Shown here in pieces: positions 22,812-36,411 of a stretch of 64,000 bases of DNA. Made by a program: the position numbers and the translations under genes. Under the pieces are notes generated by a model. That model was given only the letters and a program-made list of their open reading frames with translations, had not been told where the DNA came from and did no database searches. Position 1 is the stretch's first letter. Every line of letters begins with the position of its first letter. The stretch is from Botryllus schlosseri (Eukaryota), in assembly GCA_051294905.1 (NCBI GenBank), contig CM119372.1, positions 17,486,001 to 17,550,000 on the forward strand. Direction: 5' to 3'.

Positions 22812-25800
22812 CTGTTAGCGTCTGCGGTCTTGTATTCCTCAACATTAGTGCAGAAAGTCTTCGTCTCGTGCACGAAAATGGAATGCTGAGAGTTCACTTT
22901 TCCGAGATCGTTACCGACCAGAAATCCCTTGGCGGCAGCGATGTCACAAACCGGCGAAACCTCACGAGACCGATGCGTTAGACTTGCGCGGGCTTACGTG
23001 AAATCTCATAGACGTTACCGAGTTTTCGACGCTTTTTCCTATACCCGGGGAATCCCTGGACCGCATCTTCAGACGGCGTTTATTTCGCTTTCTTTCCGCG
23101 TCTTTCACTCGCTGGAAGCGAATCTCGAGTCGTCGAAGGTTTGCTTCTATCTCTGCGACTCCTTCGAAATAAAATCACGATTGTAAGTATTGATATTGAC
23201 TCCCGGTATAGGCTTAAACGAAGATGACACGTCGGAGAAGTTGCTAATTTACAGAGTTGCTTCAAGTGTAAGTTTTGCGTCAGAAACTGTTAAGTGAAAG
23301 TGGAAGTGGTCTAAAAACAACCACTTGAGTAAGTATTGCACGTCAACTCCTACTTAGGCACTTCAAAGAAGTCCAAATTACTGCGTTACTGATAGAACAC
23401 CTCAGCTGCTTTGGATCATGGTTCAGGGTGGGAATTTTGGACCGTTGATGTACGAAGCCCAGTTTTGTTCGAGTCCATCAGATTTGAGTACAAGACAAAT
23501 ATGCATAATAGCAATCTGAAAGGGCTCAAAAATTTGAAAACCATTCTACTAATATTGACATGTCCTTGATTTTGAACGATTGATGCGGCCAATACGTAGA
23601 AATATTTGCGTGTTAAGAAAATCTGATACGGTGGGGTTTTCACCCCGCACAAAACTTCGAGTCGAGTACACCATACATTTTCGCAACAATTGGGACAGAT
23701 TTTCCAAATAAGCACAAATAGAACCAAAATGAAAGAATACCGTCGTTGGAGAGTGGTTGGTGTTCTTGTTCTCCTTGCGGTCGGAACCAACAGTCAGGAA
23801 ACGGCTGAAGTACTAACGGCGTTGTCTGGAACATTATGCACGGATTGACCACCAAAAAATAACAAAGTGATAATAATATATTATAAGACACGTTGACTTG
23901 AACCCATTCGTATGTACCTTCATCGGAACTGGCGGCAATGACGTTGCGGTTGACAACTGGGAAGGTGGCTTTGTCATTTGAGGGATGTCTGCGAAAACAT
24001 CCTCGTCATTGTATTTTTCCTCATCCCAAATTCGGGGCGAGTTTTCGCGAATGCAGTTCGGTAACTGTTCCTGGTATGCGAAAGATAATAATAGGATGAA
24101 ATTCTCTTTATATTTCCAGTATAAAAACAAGTGACTACGAATCCGTGAGAAGCAATTTTCGAAGCGCAACCTGATATTCACTATATTGCGGAACCGTCCA
24201 CTGAAAAGTAATAAGTGCCTGAGTTATTGAGTATATTTCCTAGTGCACTTATAATTCAAACGTCATCAATAAAAACTGATGATTTATGCTGAGACTGAAA
24301 TATTTTGAGATCATGCATGGAATAGCTGACTTTTGTTTCATCCAATGGCCCGCTTCCGTGGTCATGCAACGGTGATTTCAAGCTTGAGTCTATGTATTTC
24401 TCTTCGTCTATTGCTTGCAAGCCATGTGCCACTGTATGATGGGAGGTGTTCATCCCCTCCGTGACTTCTTCGTAGAGAGTTTCCAGTGTTGAATCGGTTA
24501 CCACCCTAAGTTCAAGACACATTTAGAGATCGCAATGGAAATATAATCTGCGAACTGCAGTGCGCTTATCGTCAAATACTTGAGTTGCACAAATGTGAAG
24601 TGAATTTTATAGTGAAACACAAAGAAAAACACCTAATTTTACCTCTGGTAGCATAAGCCGTGGAAATAAAGCCCAATGTCAAATCCCTACTTTTCCTATA
24701 GACCAGTGGTTCCCAACCTTTTTCGAATCATCGCCCCCTTTTCAAGTTCAACATCGATCATCGCCCCCCAAATTTTGTGAACCGAAAAATGGGCATACAA
24801 ACTGGAATCACCGGCGGGTTGACTAAAAATAGATTTAAAAGAGTCATTTCTCCGCCTTGACTCCAAAATAGCCGTTATAACGCGTCATCGCCCCCTTCGC
24901 TATTTTCGCCCCCTATCGCCCCCTTCGTCATTCTCGCCCCCCTAAACCGCCAAATCGACCCCTGGGGGGCGATATCGCCCACGTTGGGAACCACTGCTAT
25001 AGACCATCAATCAGGCGTAGGTACTGTTCTGTTTAAGTGCAAGCCTATACAACTGTAAATACCCCGTAGATATCATCAGAGCTTTTACATCGGAAGTGGC
25101 AACCATTGACGAAGGTTCTTTTTCAAAATAATCTGGATACCGCACAAGTTCCCTCTAAATACAAAGTTATTCGTCGGTTAATGAAGCATTTCGGAGTGTA
25201 ACGAATAGCGCTTCTCCACCTTTGACGACTGCAAGTTTTGAACGGGCGTCTTCATTTTTTTCTTGAAAGCTATCGCGAACAGGAAACAAAGCAGCAGCAA
25301 GAACAACGCGATAGCGATCAGTGACGATATCATCCCTGCATCAGAAAGTCATCGGTTTTAATAGTAGGCCTTGGGATAAAAACAGATGAGATATATGCGC
25401 ACTACCAGATATGGTCAGTAACGAATTTCATCCACTTTTTCGGAGTACTCAAGTAGGTCTTACCGACTTGCACTGTTTTTAGATTACTTGCAGTTATGTC
25501 GGAAAAGTTATATAGACAAAACAACTTGCTTATGCACTTTTGATTTTGAGAATTGGAAGGTCGTTTGGCGATAAGTTTGCTTTACATTTATGTGTGAAAG
25601 CATCGTAGGAACCGAGTAAAAATCCATCACAGTAGCTACTGTACATATTTTCGAAGATTTTACAGCTATTTGTAGCGTCATTGGTCATTTTGCGTCAGTC
25701 ACGAACATGCAGATTGCAATTTCGAAAGTCTGCCATCGATTCACTGCCAAAAGTGTGCAAGGTCTCGACGGAATCTACTCACGGTACTTGAGTATTTTGC

Positions 25801-28800
25801 AGACCTCTAATTTTCTACCTCTACCTGAAATAGTTTTCACGCGCCTTAGAAATCGCTGCTTAATTGTAATTGAGTAGAAATTTGCGGCGTTACTACTACT
25901 TCTAATTAAGCAGCTACACTGACTATACTTTGATCACCTTTGCTCGTTACATATATATTAGTCTATACATGATTACAGTAGGCTATATCCGAATCTCGCC
26001 AACGGGACATGCAATGCATATTAGGGCTCTTCAAAAATGACTTTTTTTCTCAAATCGTACTGGCTACTTGATAAAATTGTTAGGTTACCTTATTTAAGCC
26101 TACACACAAAATTTGGTTCAATTCCAGCAAGTAACCACTTTGCTACAGGAGAAGAAAGTTTCTAATTATTATATAAAAATAAATAATAAAAAATTTGAAA
26201 ATTTTCTGTTTATTTAGTTTATTTATTATAGTTGTGCTCACCGTAAATACTATTTTATTCGAATCCAAATTTTTCGACGGCAATATCTCCGCTTCCACTG
26301 GTTGGAATTGAACCAAATTCGGTGAGCATCGTTTCTATAGACAGCCTAACACTTTCATGGGGTGAACAGAAAATTTTCAAATTTTTTATTGTTTATTTTT
26401 ATACAATAAATATAAACTTTCTTCTCCTGTAGCAAAGCGGTTACTGGCTGGAATTGAACCAAATTTTGTGTGTAGGCTTAAATTAGGTAACCTAACAATT
26501 TTATCAAGTAGCTAGTACGATTTGAGAAAAAAGGTCATTTTTGAAGAGCCCTAATGCATATACTTTTACACTTACAAGCTTTTGACAATCGCTCAGCTTC
26601 TGATGGAAAGACGGGAGATAGAACAGGGATACCGAGTATCTTTGACATCTCATCCAGAGGCATTACACTGGAAAAACAGGAACAGTGCGTGTTGAAAAAT
26701 GTAGATAATGAGTTTTAAGTTGCGTGGCTCGTAGTCGTAATTCGTATACCGACTATTTCGTATATGCACTATTTCGGTCATTTTTAGGGCTGGGTAAAAT
26801 TGAGTACCTAAGTGATTTGATTCCAAGGGAAGTATTTAGATTCAGACTGCGAGTCGGTCCGAGTATTCGCCGATAACAATTAGTATGGCGTCAAAACAGT
26901 AACAATGATTTAAAAGGAAATATATGGACCACAAAAGAATAAAATACCAGCCACACATTTTTAGTTGTATTTCTTCACCATGGCTATTTTCATATCGCAC
27001 GTGAGAGTGCTGCGAACCTATTACTAATTCACACAAATGTTACTCCATGAAGATTCGTAGGCATGTGAAAGCATTTCGGACGACCAATCCATGTGTCAAG
27101 GCTTCCAGGGTCGGAAGGAAATAGTAAGCAAATTCCTCGTTGATAAAAAAAAAACTATCTGCGTGAAGGACGTATTATCTCGATGCTCAGCAGAACCACT
27201 CTATCTATAATCGTACTTCTCATAGCATGAAAATAAGAACCTCAAAATTTTCACCACATCTCCGCTCGGAATGTATTGTAGTTCCTTCTTGATAGCGAAT
27301 TCGGCGAACACGGCATTAGAAGTGATTCGGTGTAAAGATGCTACTTCTGCCAGAAACTTGTAACAAACATGGCACCCATAAATCGCGTCAGGTCATTGTA
27401 ATAGTGAAATCTCACCTCTGAATCTTCGATGCTATTTACAGCCAGAAGTTTCCTCAGAGAAACCACTTTTTCGTTTGCCTTTTCTACCTATTAATGAAAG
27501 TGAAGACGTGTTTGAATTCGAAACCTGGGTACGGTATATAAAATGAATTTAGTCCGTGTTACAGTTGAATCTTTGATATTGCTCAGAACGCAAACGCATG
27601 ATGGTCAACGCCACGGCAGCATAAAAATATGCCAACGCATCGCGTCGTGGCCCGCGGGTGAGAGCCACTGGTTTAGTGGTTTATTACCGTGGTTGCATTT
27701 AAGACAAAAATGATTTTACAACAAACATGTTTGAAACATGGCCATGGTTTAAAAAAATGTTTTTTTCTTGTTTTTTTGTTTGTTTTTAGCCATGACGTTA
27801 CGAATCTTTAATTGTGACGTCACAGTCGAGTGATGTTGACAATTGAAAATATGATGACTCATAACTTCTTGCTGTAACTGTTAAACCGACGACGATTTCG
27901 CGCGTTCCAGCCACTTCAAATCGTATACGTCGACTATATTGGATGTAAATCGTCCGTATATGCTCATACTACATGTTCTCGAAAGAATTTAAACGATTAC
28001 GGCATGATTATACAACGTTTGAAAAAAACACTATTTATTTGAAGCCATTTGCATAAAACACTGTTTAATTTTTTTAAAACCAGTGTTTTAAAACATCCTT
28101 TGTTTTAAATGCTACCCCTAACTGTAACCCAGTTGTTCTCAGCCGGTGTGCCACTGCACACTGGGGCCAGATTTGACTGCGCAGGGGTGCCGCGAGAAAG
28201 TAAGGTCTATAGGCTTTTTAAAAAAGCGCCGCGGACCTATGTCATATCAGTTTTCAGCACCAGATGCCAATGGCGGTGACCAAAATAACTCATCACCGAC
28301 AATGAGACCGTGACTGTGAGGCTTGGTCTAAAGTGCTAACATTTTCCTCGTCATCACCTTCCCAAATCTTGCATTCGGAGTACTCGTACTCGTAGTGCCA
28401 GGACTTTAACTGCTGTACCCAAACACCTGATACACGGGTGTGATTATACACCAATGGCTCACGAAACCAGAACCGACCTCTAACTTATACCGCGGTATAA
28501 ATCGAGTACAACATTTTAATCCAAGTTATGCGTGAACGTCGGATTTATGACCGCGATGTGCAGTGTGCTACGCGTGCAGTGTGCGCGTTGGCGAATGGAA
28601 TGTATAACGATTCGTGGCGAACTGGGCAGTGGTCTGTATAATAAAGGAGTCTGGGGGTTTCGCGCACCAGAACTATGTTCAATATCACTGGGCAGAAATT
28701 TTGAGCATGCAATCATCCGAGAATATTTCAGACACATATTTGACGCAGACTGCAGAAAATGACAAGAAAAATACATTATATTTACTATCAGCTAGGTGCA

Positions 28801-31800
28801 ATCCCCCATTTAGCTTATCCATTGTAACTTGAAACTCTACGCTCGATAATTTAGATCCAGATGAAGATGTTAGGGATGGCAGGCCTAATGATGAAGATTT
28901 CGAAATCGAACATGATTCAGAACGTATAGTAGTCCATCAACACAAGTTGAATGGTCTGACATAGGCCTTGGAACTTGGAAAAGAAATATTCGGAACTTTT
29001 AGCATCATTTCTAAGTGAGAAAGGATTACTTGGCAAGAGAGCGAAGATAGCTCACTTTCGTATTGGGCGACTTTTGGTGGATTTGTGTATTATCGTGATA
29101 CTGACATTGACATGATACTGCTACCGTTGGTTTCTGGATGAGATACCAATCCCGATTTACAACTCAAGTGAATGGCAAATATCTATTGGGAGCTCAAAAC
29201 GGAACATAAGTTGTGACATTTTTGAAAATGGCAACGTCTTAGGTGCAGTAACAATTGCACACTCAGCCGTGAACAATAAATAAACATTGAATTGTTGCAA
29301 TTCAGCGCCCAAAAGTTAATCGCAATCAATTGTCTGATCAAAGTCATCAAAAAATGTGTCTACCAGTGTATTCTATGGGCGCTCAATACCAACATTTTGG
29401 GAGCCTGACCAGGTTTCGTTTCGGTCCGGGTAGCACTAGAGCGCCGTTAACTATTTTTCACCCTTCAGGGGGGCCGCGAGGTCAAAAAGGTTGAGAACCA
29501 CTGATATCTCCTAATCAATCGGCCAATCATTGTAATTTTACCAATTCCATTGTCTGCGTGTCAAGGTATTGCTATTCAATAGAGCCCTAATGATCCATTA
29601 TTATATATATAAAATGTGTAGACTTAATAATGAAGCATCCCACTGGAAAAAGACGGCAAAATTTTTGCATCAATTGACTGGTCCGGCCTGCAAGCGATCA
29701 AAAGTTCTGAATCCGTCCGCGAAATTAATTAAGTTAAACAGGACAGATTTACGTGGATTGAATGACGACAAGGAGCCTATTCGTAGCTAGACGTTTAAGC
29801 CCTTTTAACATCCTCGTATAGCCTAGTTCATTACAATTCACACTACCTGTAAGGCTCTGGTGTACATCGATTCCAGACCTTCCTCCAAGTTATTCAATAA
29901 GGGTGGATTTGTAATATCGACAGAATTATTCAGCAACAACAACATTCTCGAAAGATATTTACGGTTGATAGTTTTAAAAGTCACGAGAGCTGCCTTGTCC
30001 CTTTGAGCGTTAGCTGTGCTTGTTATATTAGACAGGTCAGCATTGCTGTCCGATGCGGCGGTCGAATCACTTGTTTTGTATTCAGTTCTGGCGGTACTCG
30101 CGTGGCTGATGAGTGACATCCACTCGTCGGCCAATGACTTTGAATGTGTGGTGGTATATGAATGGATGTCAACCGGCTGAATGGTGGGAGACACGACAAT
30201 TTCTTTACTTTCCTCCGGGTTGTCAGTTTCATCTTGGTACATGACAGTACTGGTGACGTTGTTGTAAGTACTGACGTCACTCGACCACGATGTATATGGA
30301 ATACCATCGCCTAAAAAATCGTGTTTATCACGAATAGTTTTTCCTCCCTGTGTCGAGTTACTTCTCTCTTTCGTTAAATTTACCATAAAAAAAAAATCGA
30401 TAAACGATGACGTTTCCGCTTGTGTCGTTGATATGCTTGTACCTGCGTATCCGATTGTCGCAACGGTAGCGCTAAGTCCTACAACTGTAGGTGGATCATA
30501 CGGACCCGCTACGCTAGAATGTAGGAGGTCATCACCCCCACTACCACTAGCATCAATTCTATTATCAGTCACTTTATCATAATATGGGGTTGTTGGCGCA
30601 TTGTTTGAGCTGCCACTACCACTCATGTCATCGAATACCATTGGATTCGTGCTGAGTACAGCTCGTGTCATAAGATTGTGTTCGGTGTGGTTATAGTCGG
30701 ACGCTTCTGTGTCAAGGTAATGAATCGTAGTCAAGGCCAGTGTGCTTTGTTCAATTTCTCTCCCTGAACCTGGCGAGTCCATCTCATCAAACGGCCCCCC
30801 TCTGTCAGTTACATTCGCATGTTCAAAAGTTTCGATTCCTGATGTGGTTGACCGAAGCTCGCCGTAGGCGGAAATCTCGTAAAGATCACGCATTCCACTT
30901 GCCCGTGATTCTGTGGTGGATAATTCATCTTGCACATGCGTTGAACCGTACAAGAATTCTGAAGGCCTACTTTTCATATTGTTGCAATCCGTGGTCTTAC
31001 AACAGACATATCTCCACATATACTTTTCAAATAATCTCTCATTTATTACATGCGTTATCGACGTTCCGTTCATATTGTATTTGGGTTCGTACGTGAAATT
31101 TGATGGGCAATCCGCAGCCACAGCAGTACCGCTGTTATTATCACCATTTGAATTAGGTGCACGAATTGTGCTCAAAAGGCCATTTTCACCTATTACCACC
31201 CTGTCATTGGAGCAAATCCTAATCATTGTCGGCATCATTTGCGTGTCCGCCCGTTGCGCTGTGTTCAAGTGAAAGAAATATCCAAATATACAGTTTCCAG
31301 TTTCACAGATAGATTCCTTACATTCATCAGAACCGCGAGCCGATGACAGACATCTGTAGCAATATATATCTTTCCGGTTGACTTCGGTATTAATTTCTAT
31401 TGCTTTTGGTGAGACGGTTGGCGAGTCGCTGAAAATTGATTTATACTCCGTTTCATGGATGGTATTATCGATGATCCCCACATAGCTACTTCTCAATGAT
31501 TGTTTGCTGGTTAATTTATCCATTTTAGTGGTTGATCGTTTCATGCGCGTCATCAATGAACTCATGTTACTTGTAACTGTGAGCAAAACTTCCGTCATTG
31601 CCCTGTCCGTTGTCGTGGTGTCCTTGATTACTATCGCCGGGGTGCTGTTTAATACTGCAGTTGTAAGGATGGCATTCGTCATTCCATTCGTAGTCACATT
31701 CACTCCAGGTCGTGTTTGAGAAATATCGAAGGCATCATCACCGTTCACTGACCAGGAAGGCGTGGTGTCTGTGGCAGCTGTGTCCGTCAGAGTTGCCGAT

Positions 31801-32024
31801 TCGGGTTCCATGAATATTTCGTGACGAAAATCTATTCCATCCGGCAATCCGAGTTCTTCGGATGTCATGTTAGCTAATGAGGGATAGGCTCGTAAGTAAT
31901 TCCTCATTAGTTCCACGTTCATCCACGCCGGAGTTGTTGGTCGTTGACTGTTGCCACCGCAACAAAGTAATATTATTACAAAAGAAGCTCTCATTTTATC
32001 AATATATGATACTACTATCTCCAT
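22812..32024 (-). CDS. Gene C: KIAA1549/UPF0606-like type I membrane protein (signal peptide, S/T-rich region, Ly6/uPAR-like domain, SEA-like module, TM, cytoplasmic tail); 3' end lies further left
   Basis: Phase-compatible exons 32024-29847, 27487-27416, 27356-27241, 26667-26576, 25335-25220, 25154-25063, 24505-24331, (24200-24171), 24070-23918, 23825-23741, 23161-22998, 22927-22812. Motifs resembling KIAA1549-family sequence as I recall it: LEEGL, EFAIKKELQYIPSGDVVKILSVMPLDEMSKILGIPVL, W-initiated TM WMISSLIAIALFLLLLCFLFAIAF-KKK, and ERKRNKRRLKMRSR. Confidence 0.75.
24704..24996. mobile_element. hAT MITE (CAGTGGTTCCCAAC) with ATCGCCCC subterminal repeats
   Basis: Perfect TIRs and perfect TSD ctatagac. 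Confidence 0.95.
26022..26553. mobile_element. Long-palindrome hAT-type MITE (TAGGGCTCTTCAAAAATGAC)
   Basis: Inverted arms longer than 150 bp; perfect TSD atgcatat. Second copy at 51116-51765. Confidence 0.95.
28130..29503. mobile_element. hAT MITE hosting a Chapaev3-like insertion
   Basis: TIRs cagttgttctcagcc / ggttgagaaccactg. Confidence 0.7.
28433..29368 (+). mobile_element. Chapaev3-like (CMC superfamily) transposon deletion derivative
   Basis: CAC...GTG termini. Decayed frames read QHKLNGLT*ALELGKE.SELLASFLSEKGLL and EWQISIGSSKRNISCDIFENGNVLGAVTIAHS, resembling the Chapaev3 motif EWRLFIDSSKRSLKCVLLHNGN...PIxHS as I recall it. Confidence 0.7.
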
Positions 32025-33069
32025 CTGGATTCACCATTGATTTGATGGTATCGATTTACCCCCTTCCAAATTCCGGCACTGACAGCAACAACAAGATCAA
32101 GTAGTTAATATTTAGAACTACTAAAGTATAGGTAGGTAAAAAGTTACGCTTCTTATATTCATTGCTTCAACTAGGCCCTGCAGTTTTTAGTCAAGTTACG
32201 ATATACTCCCCGTAATCGGGAAGGGTTCTGAAATTGTTGAGCAGATAAGTGCGCGAAGAGTTCTTTCATTCCAGCGTATCGACAATTATACGCAACTATG
32301 GAAACCAAATGTCCCAACATCTTGACAACTCGAGTAGATGGCTTGAGAACATTTGTTCCAAAGGTAAGCCTCTATTACAGAACGATCCCTGACTGAATTG
32401 GCTTGTGTGTGAAATGCAGTCCTTGAGAAATCGTTTTAAATGGCGTACTTGAATCAGCTGATTCACTGCGAATGTTCTCTTTGGTTTTGTAGTAATTAAC
32501 AATGCCACAACATATACGTACATTGCACAATGTAAATGAAAATCTACTTGGTCCGCGGTGATATGATGTCAATTGGTGGTTGCAGCTAACAATTTTGCGT
32601 ACAAGCCAATTAATGAGGAAAATGACCCTCTGGCCATGTCAAACTTTGGCCTATAATATAGATTGGAGATTAGAGTCGAAATGATGCGAGTATCAATCGT
32701 GCATTATTCAAGCAATTGGCAACATCTGAATTGGAAGCATCGGACACGGGATGAGACGACATAGGAAACAAATGAAGTTTATTTGGACCAGTGTCGCTGG
32801 TATAGCGTATAGGTTATCACGAGCCGATATGTACCTACGTTTTAATTCCAATTATGATATTCTATGTGATATCGCGATATTTGTTAATCTTGTTTATGCT
32901 CGATCAGTCTATCTGAAGATCGCCTGCCAAACTTCCACCAGAAGCTTTCGAAGGACTCTGTCACACGTCAAAAGGCAACTACAGTATGCGGTTATCCAAA
33001 TTCAAAATATAGAAATAGTTTTGTTGCTGTTACATATTAATGACAGGTACACATAATAGCCGATATAAC

Positions 33070-33264
33070 CAATATTCCCTCTAAGCTGCGCACGTGCGCA
33101 AATGCGCAGTGCTGACACGGTCTCTGCGCACCGAAAATCTACGTTGCGCACAAAAAAATCCAAAGTGATGGCCCTTTTTTTAGTCGTTACGCACTGTTGT
33201 CCAAGGGTCTGTGGAGTAAGTTGGTAAGTGTGCGCAGACTCGACGAAAATTAGAGGGAACATTG
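33070..33264. mobile_element. Small hAT MITE (CAATATTCCCTCTAA)
   Basis: TIRs caatattccctctaa / ttagagggaacattg; TSD gatataac/gttataac. Confidence 0.85.
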
Positions 33265-33319
33265 GTTATAACCATAGTATCCTATATGATGTGGACACAG
33301 CGAGATTGAACCGCTCACT

Positions 33320-33680
33320 ACATTTGGGTTACGTCATACTTTTCATTTGGCCACATGCAATTTTACGGTCATTTTTGACCGGCTTGCCGAGTGGTAAATT
33401 TTATAAAACGGGTACCAATGGAGAGCTACTGCTGTACTGTTTACGAAAATATCAACTTTATTCTGCAAATGACCCTGGAACCGCCCAAAACAGCCTCGAA
33501 TTTTACATTGTGATGGAGCTTGAGATTGTGACGCAACAATGCTGTCTGGCAAAACGAGACTGAAACTCAGGAGCAAGAGCCAGACAGCATTGTTGTGTGA
33601 CGATGCCAAACTCCATCACAATGTAAAATTCGAGGCTGATTTTGGCGGGTTCCAGAGCCATGGGCAAAAAAATATCATGA
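33320..33680. mobile_element. Palindromic repeat family member; fragments also at about 7900-8183, 17720-18003 and 63490-63650
   Basis: Inverted arms around 33475-33550 and 33579-33655; clear similarity to sequence carried inside the three-TIR hAT. Confidence 0.7.
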
Positions 33681-34061
33681 AGGATAAATCTAAATGACAT
33701 CAACCTCAGCGAACCAATGTTTTTTTGTAATGACTCATGTTTCGTAGAACTGCGAAGCGTAGAACATGGTTGTATGCACTCTGCACCCTCTCTATATTTC
33801 ATACATGCACGTATAAACGTATAGCATACTACCAATAGAAATGAATTTCTTTCGCTGTGTCAGGCATTGGTCGTGGGATGGTAATAAAAAATTGATTTGG
33901 GTATTGCTATAAATAGTTTTAGAACCACTAACAGCACTTATAAGTTTTCACTCCTTTCGGACTAACTTTCAACAAAACTAAGGAAAATTGGTTCGTGAAA
34001 AGTAGAACGTGTTGACATAGAGGTAACCATAGACCGCATTGGGCCGTGCGTGACATTATAG

Positions 34062-35956
34062 CAGTGATTCCCAACCAGTGGTACGCGAAGGTCTTCCATG
34101 TGGTACGCGAGTAGATTCTGTTTTTTTTTCGACCGAAGGGAGTTATTAGTTCAGGTGAGGTTGAATTTGAGTTTTTTGAAGCCGTCATCTCACGCTATTC
34201 CACCGCTGCTAATTTTCCCTTGTACGTGGAATGCGAGCAAGGATTTTCATCCCTGATGACTATCAAGTCGAAGAAACGAAACCGACTTGTTGCGTCCATA
34301 CATGACTTTCGATGCGCTGTAAGCAAACGTATGCCACGCATCGACAAGCTAGTTGAAAATAAACAAATGCAGCCATCGCATTAAATAAATTGACTTTTGT
34401 TGTGTGTTTTTATTTCATTATGTTGTTCTTCCTGTGACTGGTGGTGAAAAAACAATTCCATACAACCCATCAACCCTGGCTGATAATGCCTAGTTCAAGG
34501 GTGTCAAACTCAAATTGTATCGCGGGCCGGATCGAAGTCATGAAATCGCTTGCGGGCGGGACCAGTCAACGGAATTCAAAATGTTGCCTCGTGCCATTGC
34601 TTCTCGCCGGGATACTTTATTATCAAGCATATATAGATAATACACGGATCGTAGGGGTTTCATTCTAGCGAGTCGCAACACCATTATTTGCGAGCAATGA
34701 AATTGGCGAAAATACGATGTTTGTCTGGCTGAATACAGTTAAGAACCGCTAAAACAATGGCATTACCGGCGATACAAGTAGACATATTTCAGTGTTCCCT
34801 TTGCTTTAGTCCAGGGGTGGCCAACCTGCGGCCGTAAGAGGGAATTTGTGCGGCCGTCGACATGCAATTCTAATTTACGAATTGACTCCCGATTTCTTGA
34901 AAGATTTTGATTAATCTTGAAATTTTCTTCGCGCTGCGCGCGATTCAATGCAACTACATTTTTCGATTTTAATATAGTAGCCACCCTTTGCAATCAGAGC
35001 CCCACAATACAGATGCGAACATCAGTGAAAATGATGCGCGTCACATGGAAATATCAGCTTGGAATCGTGTGCTCCTCACTATACCAACAATCCTGATGGG
35101 AGGTCAAGAAATAATGGCATGCTACAAAGTGACTAATACCAATTGACCCACCCGAAGATGCATCATAATTTATAACTTGCTTTAAATTTTCGAAAACACC
35201 CCTACATCAACTCGATACCAGTGAATCTGATCACACGGGGTGAGAAAGGATAAATGTTTTATGGTAATATGTAAAACTACTAATATCAATTACGAAATTC
35301 ATTGGTGAATCTGAATTTTTTTCGCGCATCGCGCGACTATGAGCACTTCCTCCCTTAACATAACCAGTGACCATTCGCGATTTTCGTGCGCATAGTAAGC
35401 CTATCATTAAATAGATTAGTCCGGAGTTCACCAGAAATGGACATAGACACTTTAACGTGGGTATTTGGCGTCCAGCTCGTTCATTACGACTATGCCCTGG
35501 AATGCAGCCATAGGCTACACGAGTAGTCGAAATGAGGCCGTGAATGGCAAAAAGTTTGGCCACCCTTGCGTTAGTCATAACCTGGCGTTAGCCCTGTGTA
35601 TGCGTTGTGATGAATCAGGGATTTCTAGATTCTAGATATCCCTGTGATGAATATGCGGACGTTGTAATTTGGTTTATTACTGTGGATGTGATGGATAATG
35701 TAATCTTTTTTCAATGTACTCAGAATAGTTATGCGGGCCGGATAACATCGTCTGGCGGGCCGGCTCCGGCCCACGAGCAGTATGTTTGACATCCCTGGCC
35801 TAGTTTAATAGAATTTGTTAATACACCTCGCATAGGTCAAATACGTGAGTATGACGTCATAAATGGTGGAAACGCGCGTAACTTATATAGGTGGTACGCG
35901 AGCACTGCATAAAACCTCAAAATGGTACGTGGGTTGAAAAAGGTTGGGAACCACTG
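34062..35956 (+). mobile_element. Buster/Charlie-type non-autonomous hAT with two nested MITEs (34496-35797, which contains 34812-35568)
   Basis: TSDs cattatag (outer, perfect), gcctagtt (middle, perfect) and ctttagtc/cgttagtc (inner). The outer element encodes CEQGFSSLMTIKSKKRNRL...PRIDKLVENKQMQPSH*. Confidence 0.92.
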
Positions 35957-36411
35957 CATTATAGAGTATGACGTGTGTCCCGCCGAGATCGAAGAGGGGT
36001 TTCACCTCGAGTAGCACAATTACATTTATGGCGTCATACAGTCTTCGTGATCGCCAGTAACGAATACTGAGAAGCGTGCAGGATTGTGCTCTTTCAAATG
36101 GTTACAAGTGTCCGACTGAACGTGCAACACGCGTGAGGATAATCAGACTTTAATTGTTAGCACGCACTCGTACATTCAATCAGTTACTACAGATCTGGAT
36201 AATAACTTCAGCGACAGAGAAAATTGTTAGCTGATATCATTAGGTTGCTTTGCTACTACGCCTACTCAATTCTCTGATTCAGCGGCAACACAACATATGA
36301 GGTTTCGAAGAAAGCCTGTATTTTAACGGCAACAAACTATCTAACAATCCAGAATGAGGATGGCTAGGTTTATAATTTGAAATGTGACAGTCCGACCCCC
36401 TAGGTCTAAAA

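Noticed and set aside
27045..27154. Possible gene C exon (NEEFAYYFLP)
   Set aside because: The 27241 to 26667 junction is already in phase and fits the family pattern better; the acceptor is weak.
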